NCBI GenBank assembly: GCA_964016885.1
Contig: OZ024740.1
Coordinates: 54,932,001 to 54,996,000 of the forward strand
Reading direction: 5' to 3'
Length of the DNA: 64,000 nucleotides
Source of the DNA: Eledone cirrhosa
Lineage: Eukaryota
Below are positions 14,682 through 29,056 of the stretch, in pieces. The notes under the pieces are model-generated. The model saw only the letters and a program-made list of their open reading frames with translations, was not told the origin of the DNA and did no database searches. Position 1 is the first letter of the stretch; every line of letters starts with the position of its first letter. Position numbers and translations under genes: made by a program.

Positions 14682-15463
14682 ATAATAAAGATAATAACAT
14701 ATGCAACTGTGCGTGTAAGTTGCTGATAAGCCTCATTATATTTCGTTGGCGATAATCCCCCGCTAAACCCTACCATCAGTCCTTTATATCGATAATTACT
14801 CAAACCACCAACAACTCTCAGACCACACACACACATGCACTCAACACAAGTATATATACACTTACACATATACGTACATACATAAACATACACACACGCA
14901 CAGCCGCTGCTTGACAATGAAATTATCCCTATTATATTTCAATATTATTATTTATTTTAAATTTTGACGTCCCCCATTTCTTCTTCTTCTTCTTCTTCTT
15001 CTTCTTCTTCTTCTTCTTCTTCTTCTTCTTCTAAATATTATTATTATTGTGTATTGTGTCATCAGCATCATCATCATAAACATTTCTTCTTGTTTTCTTC
15101 ACCCCTGTACTACTAACTCCCTTGCGAATTTACCCACAATAATTCCCCTAATTTTTTCTCCCTATCATTTACCAAGTATAATATTACTGCACCTCCTTCT
15201 TTTAATCTTTTGCTTCAGAACAAAATGGTCAACATAAATAACTATTCATATATATCAACAGAATTTCTGAAAGTAGATTGTTTCGTCGTATGATAGATAA
15301 GTAATATTACTGGCTTTGAGAATTCGAGACACGATGTACTGTCACTAAGAAACTATATCATAGAATATCTTACTCCATTATATACATATGAACTATTCTG
15401 ATTCTGTTTGTATAAAAACCTACAACATACTAATATATATATATATATATTTAATATAGAAAG

Positions 15464-15512
15464 GCTTCTAAAGGACTAGAACTGTTTCATTCGGGAGAAA
15501 TCATCAGGAAGC
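15464..15512 (-). ncRNA. Type I hammerhead motif (family B)
   Basis: GCTTC-CTGATGA-TTTC-tccc-GAAT-GAA-ACAG-ttctagtc-CTTT-A-GAAGC; one stem III mismatch. Confidence 0.7.
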
Positions 15513-15518
15513 TCCTGT

Positions 15519-15571
<53 letters not shown>

Positions 15572-17581
15572 TTAAATTTCGTATGAGAAAAGAGAAAGAT
15601 CAGTTCTTTAACAAAAGAATTATCATCCCTGTTTCTTTCACTCGATTTTAATTCATATGTGAACCTGTGGGATCTGTACATCCTTACCGTTCACTGAAAT
15701 GTGATGTTGAATAAAAATGATCATTTAATCGTAGGTGCAAAATCTTTTATCGGCAGCGATTTCATCCATATCCTCTATTCTGTTTAATGTGAACTAGTGA
15801 GTCTGTGACTATTTGCTTGGCCCTTATCTTTGGTGTTTGTATTTACCTACGTATTTGCCACTCCAAGGCGGACATAATATCAAATTTTCTAACATTGATG
15901 TTTCTTTAATAATATTTGCACCTTAGACTACAATATCCCAAATGTCCTATTTCAAGGTGTTAGTATATACTTTTAAGGTGATATGATCGCTATTTCTAGC
16001 ATGCCAAACAACCACCTCCATGCAATCTTTTGGATTGCCTGCGTCTTCTTAAAGAAGGGAGTTGGTTAATCGGTCTTCAGACTGAACTTTGGTTAAATGC
16101 TGGATCAGTCCCATACCCGTTGGGAGTCATTTACTGTTATCTGACTGTTTAACTATCTTTGTGTGATATCCATGGAGCCGGAAACATCCTTGTATTAATT
16201 GAACTATTGCGCTTTATAGAGTTTACTCAACAGGGTAATGTACTTCTGGTTGGTGTGTCCATAACGTTGTAAGGGAAGATTTAGACAATAAAATAAACCA
16301 CAGTATATTACTGGTATTGAATGCATCGATCATATCTTAGATAAGTGACAAAGTTACCGTGCTAGTATTTACATTCATTAGATAGCGGCATATAACTGGG
16401 GACTAGTAAGACATTTTATCTGGACTATTTGCTTAATATCACTTAGTACAGAGAGAGTAAATATCAACCCTATCGGATAAAAATCCAGAAACACGTGTTT
16501 TGCATCCTCATCGGTTATGGAGCTAACTGTGACATGATCACCGCTTCACAGCTTAAAACATTTATAGCGAGACTATTGTATATTTATTGTACAAAAACTT
16601 CCTATATATTTTCATATGCACCCCTATTATGAATCACGCTATGTTAATGCTGCAGCATATTAGTCCTAGCCTGTCATGTTCGAACTATATGCCAATGAAC
16701 ATCTTCAGCCGATCTATTATTTTGCACTATATGCACTGACATTGTTCCAATGATGAATCAAACAAAGATGCTTCTTCATGTTCACGTGGCCTGCAAGAAA
16801 TATCAACCAAACCACTTCCAATTCATATCCAAACATTCTGAAAATAAAAGTCACATTAACATCATATTTTGCAGTTCATTGCATTTTGCACCAAACCTCA
16901 CCTTACAAAATACATAGGATAGTGATTGCCAGATAGCCTACTATCATAGGTATCTTTGATTGCATATTAAACACATATGTCCTCCAAGTCTGGTGTACAA
17001 TACTAGGGATGGCGTCTTCAAGCCACAAACCGAATGCTTCCAAAATTATGAACTTTGATAAAGGCACATTAGGAACAGCTGGTAATGTTAAAACGTACGA
17101 CCAAATATTTATTCTAACACCCACGTATGACACGACAGGATTTCAACTCGGAGTCCAAAACGCCAGACAAACAGTGTTTAGTACCTCGTAAAATCCCATT
17201 GATCCACCACGCTGGACTGGTACATTACTTAATCTACCCAGAAATAAAGAAAAGCAGATTCAAATTCGGTGTGGTTTGAATTTAGACCTCACAGATCTTG
17301 AGCAAATATCACAAAGCAGTTTTTCTATACCCTAAATAATTGTGTTATTTCGACTGCTCCATTAAGGTTAAGTTCATACTAAACAACACCAACGTCAGCA
17401 TCACCAATACCATCAACAACAACAAAACAACCACAGTGCTCAGAACAACTGGAAATAAAATGATTATATTGTGTAGGCGGACGCATTCTCTCTTGATTAA
17501 TCATGAAATTAAACCAACGACAGTATATTACAAACAACATATTACTTCATTAGAGCAATATGCCAACACCAAGAGGAAGAG

Positions 17582-17620
17582 AGTAGTAGTAGTAGTAGTA
17601 GTAGTAGTAGAAGCAGTAGC

Positions 17621-17664
<44 letters not shown>
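17582..17664. repeat. (AGT)n repeat
   Basis: Directly visible. Confidence 0.95.
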
Positions 17665-17665
<1 letters not shown>

Positions 17666-18710
17666 TTATAGTAAGATATATATTCTACATACACATACAC
17701 ACATACATAAACTTATGCTATATATACATCACACACACAAACACATACATATATATAGATAAGTATGTGTCTTGTATGTGTGTGTATGCATGTGTATTTA
17801 TATGTGTGTTCCTTTTCCTTTTTCTCTTTCCGTATAGTAAGCGTGGGTAAGTCTGTTGTGTTTATTCATGATCGCCTCAGCATGGAGATTGCCAGAAGGC
17901 TGAAACCTGCACAACAATGCGATTTACATACATACATACATTCATATATACATACATGCACCCATACATACACACATATACACAATATATACATATATAC
18001 ATATATATATACATATATACTTATATATATGTGTGCTTGAGTGGGTGTATGTAAGTAGGTATGTATATTGATAAAAGGAAAGACCACACACATGCACTAC
18101 TCATGTCTCCATCGTATGACCAAACATTCATTTCGTTTTCTGTCTGTTTTCACGACAAAACAAGCAAAATGTTAGTGAAAACTACTTTGTTCAAGGTTTG
18201 TATTCTGAATGATATAGCTGCCCCAATCTAGAGACAATCAAGCTGACAGCATAAAGTCTCTCATATGTCGTCTTTGTTGCTGTTACTTTTGCTATTGTTG
18301 CTATTATAATTGTTGCTGAGTTTGTTGCTGAAGTTTAGCTTTTCCATTAAGTTACTCCAGATGAACTAGATGTATTGATCAATTGTATTCGAACTATGAT
18401 CAACTCGTCTTTTTAGGCGAATATAGGACAGCATTATCCAATGTGTTTCTACCGTTACTTAGCTAGCAAGATGAAATCGAGTAAGGCAGATATAATAGCT
18501 ATTGAATGACCTCGTACATATTTCCTCGTTGACTTTATCGAGACTGTCAATTCTGTTATATTTGTAGAAGATCTTATGTTAGAATGGATTAAAAGGATTC
18601 CGTGTGTGTTTGTGTGTATGCTTCTGTATGTGGGTGTATGAATTTCTGGGACGGCAAAACCAGAGTGGCAGTTGGAATGGGTCTACTGCTATTTCTTTTA
18701 TTCCATTGAA

Positions 18711-18903
18711 AGGGCGGTGGATTGGCAGTATCGGTAGAGAGTCGGACGCCATGCTTTCCAGCATAGTTACGTCTCTTTACGGTCTGAGTTCAAATCCCGC
18801 CGAGGTTAACTTTGCCTTTCATCCTTACGGGATCGATAAAATAAAGTACCAGTAATGTACTGGGTAAGTTGCTGGCTTTGTGCCAAAAGTAGAAACAATT
18901 ATT
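18711..18903 (+). mobile_element. SINE family 1, full length, tRNA-derived
   Basis: A-box-like TGGCAGTATCGGTAG, B box GAGTTCAAATCC, central gcctttcatccttacgggatcgataaaataaagtaccag (resembles the Meta-type SINE domain, from memory), (ATT) tail; 15 or more copies in the window. Confidence 0.9.
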
Positions 18904-19411
18904 TTAAGAATATCTATGGGGTATATATTTTATGTTATTCGGTTAAATAATTCATACATACTATGTATGTAACAGCACCCAATACATTTATTAAGCATTG
19001 GTTACTGAAATACAGAAGGAGACGCTTGAAATGGCACCCTCATTACATATCTGACCTCCACCTATTACCCGCTTCGTATAGGTATGTGTACGTGTGCTTC
19101 TGTATACATGTGTCGGTGTGTTTGTAGAGTGATAGAGAAATGTAATTGGAAAGGTTGGAGATAAGTTGTCTAATATGTTACACCCTAGGAAATGGAATAT
19201 TAGACAGTACGCATAAATGCATTTATTGCGGTGGTCATGGCTGGAATACCTTTGATTATGCTTCTCCATAACCAGGCTGATCTGGTAGCGAACAATAGCA
19301 AAGCCTTATGTTTGTCTAAGAAATATTTTGTGGAGAAAAATATAAAAAATAATTATCTCACTTAGACTTTGTTTTCCATGTTACAATGAGAGATAGTAGG
19401 TTACAAGTGGA

Positions 19412-19690
19412 CACCATCATCATCATCATCTTCATCATCATCATCATCATCACCGACATCATCCTCATTATCCACAGCATCACAGCCATCACCATTATCA
19501 TTATCATCAACATCCGCATCATTATCATCATCTTCATCACCATTGCCATCATCCCTATCATCATCATCATCATCACCATCAACAACATCATCATCATCTT
19601 CATCATCGTCAATGTTGTCGTCGTCAAGGTCGATGATGGTGATCATCATCAACATAATTAACACCATCGTGGTCACTTCTGTCATCACCA
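19412..19690. repeat. Degenerate (CAT)n array
   Basis: Directly visible. Confidence 0.9.
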
Positions 19691-20560
19691 TCAACACTAG
19701 GTAGAAGACCTTTTTCCCATACATGTGAGAAATTAGTGATGTGACCTTCAACGCCAGTCTGAATAGGACGCTCTCCGCTCACTCAAATTATTACTTTCAT
19801 ATAGGCTAGAGGTCTTCGGAGATCACCAACACCTGCATATCAATGTAGATCCCCAATTAAAATATAAAGACCAGCCAAAATTACGTCAATACCGATATCT
19901 CTGGTCGTTCCTCTTCCTAATGTATTTCGACACCAAATTCTTGCTTCCAAATATTTCGGTTGATGGAACTGTCATATATCGGCCTGAGCTTACTCCCAAA
20001 TCTACAATCATGTACATATAGAAATCTCCCTACTTTTCTTTTAAATTTAAATATATATTTAATTTTATCTTAAAAAGCCAAACAGATTACATACTTTCCT
20101 AATCAACCTTTTTAATGGGCAAATTCTTTACTAAACGTAGGCCACTTCTACGACATATTTATGCTATTCAATTTTCCTGCAGTTTACCGATAGCTAATAC
20201 ATCATTTTTGATGGCAACCTTAGAGAACGATGATTCGTCGTTGATTTTGATAATATTTTTTCTTATTGTCATTTCAGTTTGCGTTTTCTCGAAGTTATTT
20301 TTTCATTTGTAGTAGTCATTTTTTAATTGAGTGTGTTTGTAAATTTATCATATCTTTTCTGTTTTACTTTCCTTTCTCTTAAATAAGTACTTGTATCTGC
20401 AAATATTTGAGAGGAAGACACACTAGTACCACACTTGTGACTATCATCTCCTTCTTCTACTTCAGAAGTGGCCATGTTAAAACATTAATAACCAGAGTAA
20501 AATGGTTAAGGTGCTACCTTTCTATTTCATCCCAGCTATAGTACGAAAATAAAATGAATA

Positions 20561-20671
20561 AATAATTGTTTCTACTTTAGGCACAAGGCCAGCAATTACC
20601 CAGTGCATTACTGGTACATTATTTTATCGACCCCGTAAGGATGAAAGGCAAAGTCAACCTCGGCGGGATTT
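20561..20671 (-). mobile_element. SINE family 1, 5'-truncated
   Basis: Near-exact reverse complement of 3071-3178. Confidence 0.85.
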
Positions 20672-20871
20672 TAAAAAGCTTCTAGACAGATCTCTGTGAA
20701 ATAGCACCACTGCAATAACAACAGCTGCAGAAACAACAGTAGCATGAAATATATCAACACCAGTAACAATAACAATAATAATAACTGTTGCTTTTATTTG
20801 ACATAAAGACGACAGACGCTCAATACTTAACACGGATGAAAACAACATCAACAAAAATAGACAGTTGCTTT

Positions 20872-21023
20872 GCCGCAAGCATGGGTTTATGGTTAAGAAT
20901 TTCGATTCGCAACTAAGCGCTTTCTGGTTCAAACCCACCCCTCGATGTGTTGGAGAAGTATTTTCTAATATAGCCTCAGGTTGACCAATGGATTTGCTCG
21001 ACAGAAACTGTACAGAAAGCGTC
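20872..21023 (+). mobile_element. SINE family 3, diverged tRNA-headed copy with CA/TA tail
   Basis: tggttaagaa...ggttcaaacccac...ttctaatatagcctcaggttgaccaa...ggatttg...gacagaaactg resembles an abundant octopus SINE as I recall it. Confidence 0.55.
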
Positions 21024-21080
21024 AAACACACTCACACACACACATGCACACGCACACACACTCACATACAAACACACAAA

Positions 21081-21114
<34 letters not shown>

Positions 21115-21208
21115 GTAGAACACTGGAAGGTAATATCCGTAGTGGTAGAGCACTAAGTCCATAGGACGAGTTAGGTAGAAGTGGTTACACAACAGTTAGT
21201 TCACCATA

Positions 21209-21247
21209 CCGAGAACAATTGTTTCTCTCTAGCGGATCCTCAGCTCG
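21209..21247 (-). ncRNA. Hammerhead motif (family J) in TA-flanked island 21111-21250
   Basis: CGAG-CTGAGGA-tccgctagaga-GAA-ACAATTGT-T-CTCG; homologous to 52815-52855. Confidence 0.65.
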
Positions 21248-21369
<122 letters not shown>

Positions 21370-22008
21370 GCGTATCTCCGTAACAAAGTTGTTGTTTGTT
21401 TATGTCATGTAGACAAGTAGAGATCGATAAATTACGTAATCGATCAGAAAATAAATAAACAAACTAGGAGCAATGCAATCACCTAGGAAAAACTTTCGAA
21501 ATGTGACCAGAATTGAAGGAGAGAAACGAGTAAAATAATAAAATTATAGTGATAACAATAAAAATATTTTTTTCTTGATAACTTTCATTAGCATTATCGT
21601 TATCATATTTTGATAAAAGACATTCTCTATTATTCTATTACGTGTTCCAGCCGACAGACTGAGGCCATTGGCTACGATTTTCAAATAGTTTCAAAAAAAT
21701 CAAGTGTTTGGATTGATTTAGAAACGTAATTAAATTCCTCATCATTAAGCTTAACAAAGTTTCCTACATGAAAATTATGTTGGAATGTATTTCTTCAGGT
21801 AAATACAAACAGTTTAAAAAACAACCTTCTCTGGTAGATTGAGGGCCTGTTTCAGGCGGTTTGGTATCAAAGACATTAACTGGGTTATGTGCTATAGACG
21901 GGAAGAAGCAAAATGAGTAGCTAGAAAGATAACATATTGGGTGAGTCACAAACACACACACATACACACACACGCACAACACACACATGTACACACACAT
22001 ACACACAC

Positions 22009-22088
<80 letters not shown>

Positions 22089-22089
22089 G

Positions 22090-22127
<38 letters not shown>

Positions 22128-22463
22128 TATATATGAGTGTATGTACTTGTATGTATTTGTAAAAACGTATATTTACATTCATACATACAGAGAGAGTGTA
22201 TGTGTATGTGATATGGTGAGTTTGTTCAATATCTATATATCTCTCTCTCTATATATATATATAACATGCTATATATGTATATAACATCCGCCTGAACCGC
22301 ACCTCGTTCCGTAGATAAAGTCTAATTGCAATATCCTCTAATTGCCAACAGGCAGTATTACAAACCTTTCTTCAGCTTTTCTTCCCATTTCCAACATTTT
22401 TTCTCGGCTTTTAGATTTGGGATTTCCACATCCACTATCTCTCTCTCACACTCCACACACACA

Positions 22464-22565
<102 letters not shown>

Positions 22566-22676
22566 GTATGTGTACGTATGCACGTATGTATGTATGGCTA
22601 ACTGAACATACACGTGTTTTTCTCTGTTTTTTCCACTCTTTCTCTCTTAATATTTCTTCTGTTATTTCTCATTCTA

Positions 22677-22711
22677 CCTTCTGATGAAGGTCTAGAGCCC
22701 GAAATATCAGG
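22677..22711 (+). ncRNA. Minimal hammerhead motif of Penelope type
   Basis: cctt-CTGATGA-AGG-tctagag-CCC-GAA-ATAT-C-AGG preceded by a pyrimidine-rich tract. Confidence 0.6.
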
Positions 22712-22738
22712 ACACTAGTTAGCAAGCATTAAAATGAT

Positions 22739-22916
22739 CGGTGAATTGGCAGTATCGATAGAGGGTTGGACGCCATGCTTTCTAGCATAGTTACGTCGCT
22801 TTACAGTTTGAGTTCAAATCCCGCCGAGGTTAACTTTGCCTTTCATCCTTACGGGGTCGATAAAATAAAGTACCAGTTATGTACTGGTGGCCTTGTGCCT
22901 TAAGTAGAAACAATTA
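22739..22916 (+). mobile_element. SINE family 1, near full length
   Basis: Matches 18711-18903. Confidence 0.85.
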
Positions 22917-23120
22917 AAATGATATATATCTTCAATGAATTGTATTGTATATTTTGTTGATTTTCGTTTCTTTTTCGCATATATATATATATATATATTG
23001 AATAGATAACAAGGACGATTGGTTACTCCTTCATTACATTTATAGGTAGGTGACGCGCGTTTCGCCACTGAACCTACAGTAACTCCAAGTTACAATCCCT
23101 AGATATATATATATTCGACA

Positions 23121-23219
23121 GAAACAGTTCTAGTCCTGCAGAAGCCATTTCTCTAATACATTTTATTGTATACACTCTACTAATGTATTGAGTACCTTGC
23201 TTACTGCGGTTACCCCCAA
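23121..23219 (+). mobile_element. Family B fragment, 5'-truncated at GAAA
   Basis: gaaacagttctagtcctgcagaagc...tgtattgagtaccttgcttactgcggttacccc. Confidence 0.7.
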
Positions 23220-23235
23220 GTGCACACACACACAC

Positions 23236-23270
<35 letters not shown>

Positions 23271-23291
23271 CACACACACACGCACACACAC

Positions 23292-23360
<69 letters not shown>

Positions 23361-23533
23361 CCAATGATCGTTGGCAAATCACTGATGAGGGACTCATTTT
23401 ATAGCATGTAATCCATGTGCAACCATGCGGTATTCTTCTCCCCATATTTTTCATATATATATATATATATATATACGATATTAATAAAACCATATTTATT
23501 TCATTATACATATTTCAGGGATACCAAATTTGT

Positions 23534-23589
23534 CTGATGAAGGCATACCATAATTTAATTTGGTATCCCTGAAATATGTATAATGAAAT
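23534..23589 (+). ncRNA. Hammerhead motif (family L) preceded by an inverted arm (23484-23530 vs 23557-23603)
   Basis: CTGATGA-AGGcATACCA-loop-TGGTATcCCT-GAA-ATATGTAT-A-ATGAAAT; the 5' strand of stem I is lost at the inversion. Confidence 0.65.
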
Positions 23590-23718
23590 AAATATAGTTT
23601 TATAAATATAGTTTCCATTTATTAATATCGTATATCTACTCCAAATACATGTCGAGTGCTTTATATCAGTTATAAAAATATTTACTTGTTGTATCCCAAC
23701 AATTTTAAATAGATCTTT

Positions 23719-23763
<45 letters not shown>

Positions 23764-23930
23764 ACAATCTGCAAACGGCCAACCTGCCCTGTCAGTGCAA
23801 TACTTCAGAAAATAAAGAGTTATACTGGACAAAAACAGAATATTATTGAACAGATGTTTCATTTTTAAATGATCGAATATACATCATACATTCGTTCACA
23901 CACGCACATATGCACATACATGCATACATA

Positions 23931-24013
<83 letters not shown>

Positions 24014-24102
24014 ACACACACTCACACACAGCATCACTATACTGGACTACATGGCAAAAGTCGGAAGACCTGAATATTTGACAGTGTTAAATGAGACATA
24101 TT

Positions 24103-24174
<72 letters not shown>

Positions 24175-24177
<3 letters not shown>

Positions 24178-24288
24178 AAAAAGTATGACAGAACTCAAAC
24201 CGTTTCGACGGCTATTTCTGTCCAGAACTGTCCAGAAATAGCCGTCGAAATGGTTTGAGTTCTGCCGTTGGGGTCATACTTTTTCCTA
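24175..24288 (+). mobile_element. Family C fold-back fragment
   Basis: tttcgacggctatttctg...cagaaatagccgtcgaaa with outer arms ggaaaaagtatgac/gtcatactttttcc. Confidence 0.75.
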
Positions 24289-24392
24289 TATATATATATA
24301 TTTGCACCGTTTCCTCTCACCCCCTTTTTGCTATATGTCTCTCCACCACTCCCCTACACACCCTTTGAACTCTCTTCCCACACACTTTTCAC

Positions 24393-24420
24393 CTGAAGAA
24401 GGGTTTATGCCCGAAACGTC
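24393..24420 (+). ncRNA. Minimal hammerhead motif (family E) within element 24303-24510
   Basis: CTGAAGA-A-GGG-tttatg-CCC-GAA-ACGT-C with GUC triplet and palindromic ACGT. Confidence 0.7.
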
Positions 24421-24506
24421 GTTCCCCACCCTACCCCACTCTCAAGAGCGTGAAATTAATAAATTTTTGCTTGTACTGCCTCTCTGTTTTGTTCCCGTTC
24501 AATTTT

Positions 24507-24579
<73 letters not shown>

Positions 24580-24680
24580 TGAATATGTCTCATTTAACAC
24601 TGTCAAATATTCAGGTCTTCCGACTTTTTACCGACTTTTTACCTATAAACAACCTAGGTTGCATTGCTCCTAGGTTGTTC

Positions 24681-24831
24681 CGACGGGTATTTCTGTCCAG
24701 AAATAGCCGTCGAAACGGCTTCAGCTCTGCCGTTGGGGTCATACTTTTTCCTATTTCCCACTCTACTACCCTAAGTATTGAGTAATCTGGTGCGTTTTGG
24801 TCCATCTGGTCCATTACCACAATTTCTTTGT

Positions 24832-24832
<1 letters not shown>
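24681..24832 (+). mobile_element. Family C fragment retaining hammerhead stems II and III
   Basis: GACGGgTATTTCTG-tc-CAGAAATAGCCGTC-GAA-ACGGC...GCCGT. Confidence 0.7.
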
Positions 24833-24863
<31 letters not shown>

Positions 24864-24864
24864 A

Positions 24865-24945
24865 TATAGAAAGGGTTCTACAGGACTAGAACTGTTTCAT
24901 TCGGGAGAAATCACCACGAAGCCAATAGAAATCATCAGGAAACCA
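24865..24945 (-). mobile_element. Family B fragment with internally duplicated core
   Basis: ttctacaggactagaactgtttcattcgggagaaatcaccacgaagc...gaaatcatcaggaa. Confidence 0.65.
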
Positions 24946-25040
24946 ATATATATATAGACAGCAACAAAAACAGAGAGGCAGTACAAATATGAGTTTACGC
25001 GTAGAAACTAATATATATAAGTTATTCTGGCTTGAATCGG

Positions 25041-25090
25041 AGCTCCCTGATGATTTCTCAGAATGAAACAGTTCTAGTCCTGTAGAAACT
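25041..25090 (+). ncRNA. Type I hammerhead motif (family B)
   Basis: agctcc-CTGATGA-TTTC-tca-GAAT-GAA-ACAG-ttctagtc-CTGT-A-gaaact. Confidence 0.7.
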
Positions 25091-25092
25091 CT

Positions 25093-25122
<30 letters not shown>

Positions 25123-25125
<3 letters not shown>

Positions 25126-25330
25126 CCTCCCTTTTCTCCCCCCCCCCCCCCTTTTCTCTAAATGTCTCTCCACCACTCCCCCACACACCCTCGGAACTCT
25201 CTTCCCACGCAATTTTCTCCTGAAGAAGGGATTATGCCCGAAATACCCCCCCCTCTCACCCTCAAGAGCGTGAAACTAATAAACCTTTGTTTGTACTACC
25301 TCTCTATTTTGTTCTCGTTCCATTTTTCAC
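25123..25330 (+). mobile_element. Family E element, second copy, with hammerhead core at 25220-25243
   Basis: Collinear with 24303-24510; CTGAAGAAGGG-attatg-CCCGAAA. Confidence 0.7.
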
Positions 25331-25405
<75 letters not shown>

Positions 25406-25528
25406 TATAGTTATATATATATATATATTGGTTTCTACCCGTTGTTGGTGCGGCCGATATCGTTGGTAGAACTCAATGCGGCCTATCTCTAGCTTTCATT
25501 TGTTTTCATTGTTCAGCACACACACACA

Positions 25529-25599
<71 letters not shown>

Positions 25600-25912
25600 G
25601 TGTGTGTGTGTGTGCACAGATATGTATATGTCTGTTTGTGTGTGTGAGGGAGATCGAGAATGCGTGTGTGTCACCATATGTACGTGTGTGTCAGTGCGTG
25701 TCTAAATCAATGTGTGAGTAACAGTGTGATTCTGTGTATGTGTGTGCGTGTAGCATGTGTTCAACAACGGGAAAGCGTGTGTGTAAGAGAACGCTGGTGA
25801 CTGTGTCTGTGTGTCCGTCTCGTTGTTGACTACGAAATATTTCCAGCTCTCAACTATCGAATCTCCCATTCTCATTTATTAACCGACTACTCATCTCTCT
25901 CTATATATATAC

Positions 25913-25967
<55 letters not shown>

Positions 25968-25993
25968 TATATATATATGTGAGAGAGAGAAAT

Positions 25994-26029
<36 letters not shown>

Positions 26030-26030
<1 letters not shown>

Positions 26031-26177
26031 ACGAAGGAAATGTGGTAAGGAACCAGGTGGACCATAACGCACCAAAGTACTCAATACTTAGGGTAGTAGA
26101 GTGGGTAATAGGAACCAGTAAGACCCCGACGGCTGAGCTCAAGCCGTTTCGACGGCTAATTCGGGGTCTTACTGGTT

Positions 26178-26182
<5 letters not shown>
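26030..26182 (-). mobile_element. Family C fragment with short inverted arm (26161-26182)
   Basis: Reverse complement of 12793-12922. Confidence 0.8.
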
Positions 26183-26210
<28 letters not shown>

Positions 26211-26412
26211 CTCTCTCTCACTTTCCTACTCTGATATGTATAACAGGGCAGCACACACAGATATATACATATATACTTATAGACGTCTTTACACATCCGT
26301 ATAAATATATAAATATATATATATACTTATACAAAGAGAGAGACAAAGAAAGAGGAGAGAAAAAGATTAGATAGATAGATAGTGAGAGACAGAGAGAGTG
26401 AGAGAGAGATAT

Positions 26413-26482
<70 letters not shown>

Positions 26483-26735
26483 TTACAGCCATTTTTTTTA
26501 TTGGTACATGATCCTATAAAATGTTCATTCATAATGTAAATGTGGTGGGCTTTAGGAAGGGCATCAAGTGGTGGAAACCAAGCCAGGAACAGTTCTGTAT
26601 GAACAAGACACGGTCACTATAATAAATTGATTAACAATCGATAAACACATTATCTCTCTCACTCACACACACATATACACACAGACACACAAACACTGAT
26701 ATACATATACATATACATATATATATATACATATA

Positions 26736-26824
<89 letters not shown>

Positions 26825-26870
26825 GTCTCACTCTCTCTATTTCTCTCTCGCTCTCACCCTCGCTTTCTCT

Positions 26871-26908
<38 letters not shown>

Positions 26909-27048
26909 AAGTTAAACAAGGTTCATTGATTAATCAATAAATATAGTTTTACAATGGATTAGAAGCACTCAACAAGTCCAATTTTCTGTAGTTATTAATA
27001 TTAATTCAGAATATTAATAAATATAGACTTTCAAGGTAATCAAAATAT

Positions 27049-27112
27049 ATTTTATTATATATATTTCGGAGGTGCTGTGCTGTTTTTTCAGTACGACCTC
27101 ATCAGATAAAAT
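27049..27112 (-). ncRNA. Hammerhead motif (family F) in element 26907-27112
   Basis: ATTTTAT-CTGATGA-ggtcgtactg...cagcacctcc-GAA-ATATATAT-A-ATAAAAT. Confidence 0.7.
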
Positions 27113-27207
27113 ATATATATATATATTATATATATATATGTATAATATATATTTATATATATATGTATATATATATTTATATATATATATGTATATATAT
27201 TTGTATG

Positions 27208-27302
<95 letters not shown>

Positions 27303-27312
27303 TATATACATG

Positions 27313-27343
<31 letters not shown>

Positions 27344-27376
27344 GTATATATATATATATGAATATACATATGTATA

Positions 27377-27438
<62 letters not shown>

Positions 27439-27751
27439 AATATATATGTATTACACACACATATATATATACATATATATGTATATAATTATTAGTGTGA
27501 AAAACAAACAATATATATATATATATATAACTATATAAGTATATATATTTATATATGTATATAACTATATAAGTATATATATTTATATATATATATAACT
27601 ATATAAGTATATATATATATGTATGTATTTATATATGTATACACACACACATACATTTATACATACATACAAACACATATATAAATAAATAAATATATAT
27701 ATGTGTGTGTATGTATATATGTATACATATATTTATACACCCACACACACG

Positions 27752-27793
<42 letters not shown>

Positions 27794-28973
27794 TATATAT
27801 ATGCATTTATATATTGACTTGGTATTATCCGTAGAAATTCTTCAGACAAAATGCTCTGCGATATTTATTCCATCCATTTCTTGTCTGCGTTCGAATAATA
27901 AGGAGTTCCATTTTACCTTTTATTCTTTGAGGTTTGATGAAATAATTTATCACTGTTATCGAATTATTATTAACCGTTCAGCATGACCATTATACTTTGA
28001 GTCGTGACATTGGCATCATCATTTCATCATCATCATCATCATACTACTCAACTGCGCATGGTAAGTTAATGGCCCTTTTGCATGTTAAAGGGACAGCAAC
28101 CGTTGTAAACAGTATACATGCAAGTTCACACACGCACATTGAATCACACACACGCATATGTTCTGAAATGCACTTACTCCAAAACGCATACACACATTGT
28201 TTTGCTAAACTCGTAATGTACTACGTAGATTTTTTACAGTGCACGACAAGTGTATTTAAATATATCCAGCATACAGCAGTGCCAAGTTTAATTCCTTACC
28301 AATACATTATTTTCCATCCCCCAACAAAAGGATCTGTAAAACAGAGTTCTTATTCTATTGTCTATATAATATATGTGAGATATTATCTTATAAAGAATGC
28401 TCCATTTGCGTGCTATGTTAACGGATAGTAAAATCGAGTACTGATCGTGAGTTCAAATTAATGTATTTTTTATGTTTTCCCGAATGCTTCCTATATTATG
28501 TCGTTAAATATAATTATAACTTCAAGAAATTGATTCAGGTTTTGATATAATATAATTGTCCCTTCATTTAGAAAACAGTTTTAAAATTCCATCAAAAATA
28601 ATTACTAACTCTAATTACTTTATGGTCTAAGCTGCAAAATGCATAAATATGGAATCTGTATATATATAGATGAATGAAAGAATGTGTGATTTGATAGCCA
28701 TGTATACGCAAGTATATTGAATTCATGGTAGAAAACTATTTGTTTGATAATCCACCCTTGGGATGAACACACGCAGTACAGACCGATATACATGCACACA
28801 TGCAGAAACACACGCATATACAAACATATGCATATTTGGAGACATACCAGCAAAAATACACAAAGACACACACATATGTTCAGTGAAAATAATAATAATT
28901 ATATATACATATATTTATATATATACATACTTATAAATACCTACATACATACATACACACACACATATATCTT

Positions 28974-29055
<82 letters not shown>

Positions 29056-29056
<1 letters not shown>

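Larger units (their letters stand above)
24056..24628. repeat. Inverted repeat, arms 24056-24105 and 24579-24628, bracketing nested TA-embedded elements
   Basis: Perfect reverse complement over about 50 bp. Confidence 0.9.

Noticed and set aside
23000-25520. Repeat-spacer pattern reminiscent of a CRISPR array
   Set aside because: Repeats are variable-length (TA)n, the spacers are dispersed mobile families, the DNA is eukaryotic and there are no cas genes.
27982-28066. Possible plus-strand exon (cag/...CATG/GTAAGT)
   Set aside because: Weak acceptor, low-complexity translation and no partner exon.
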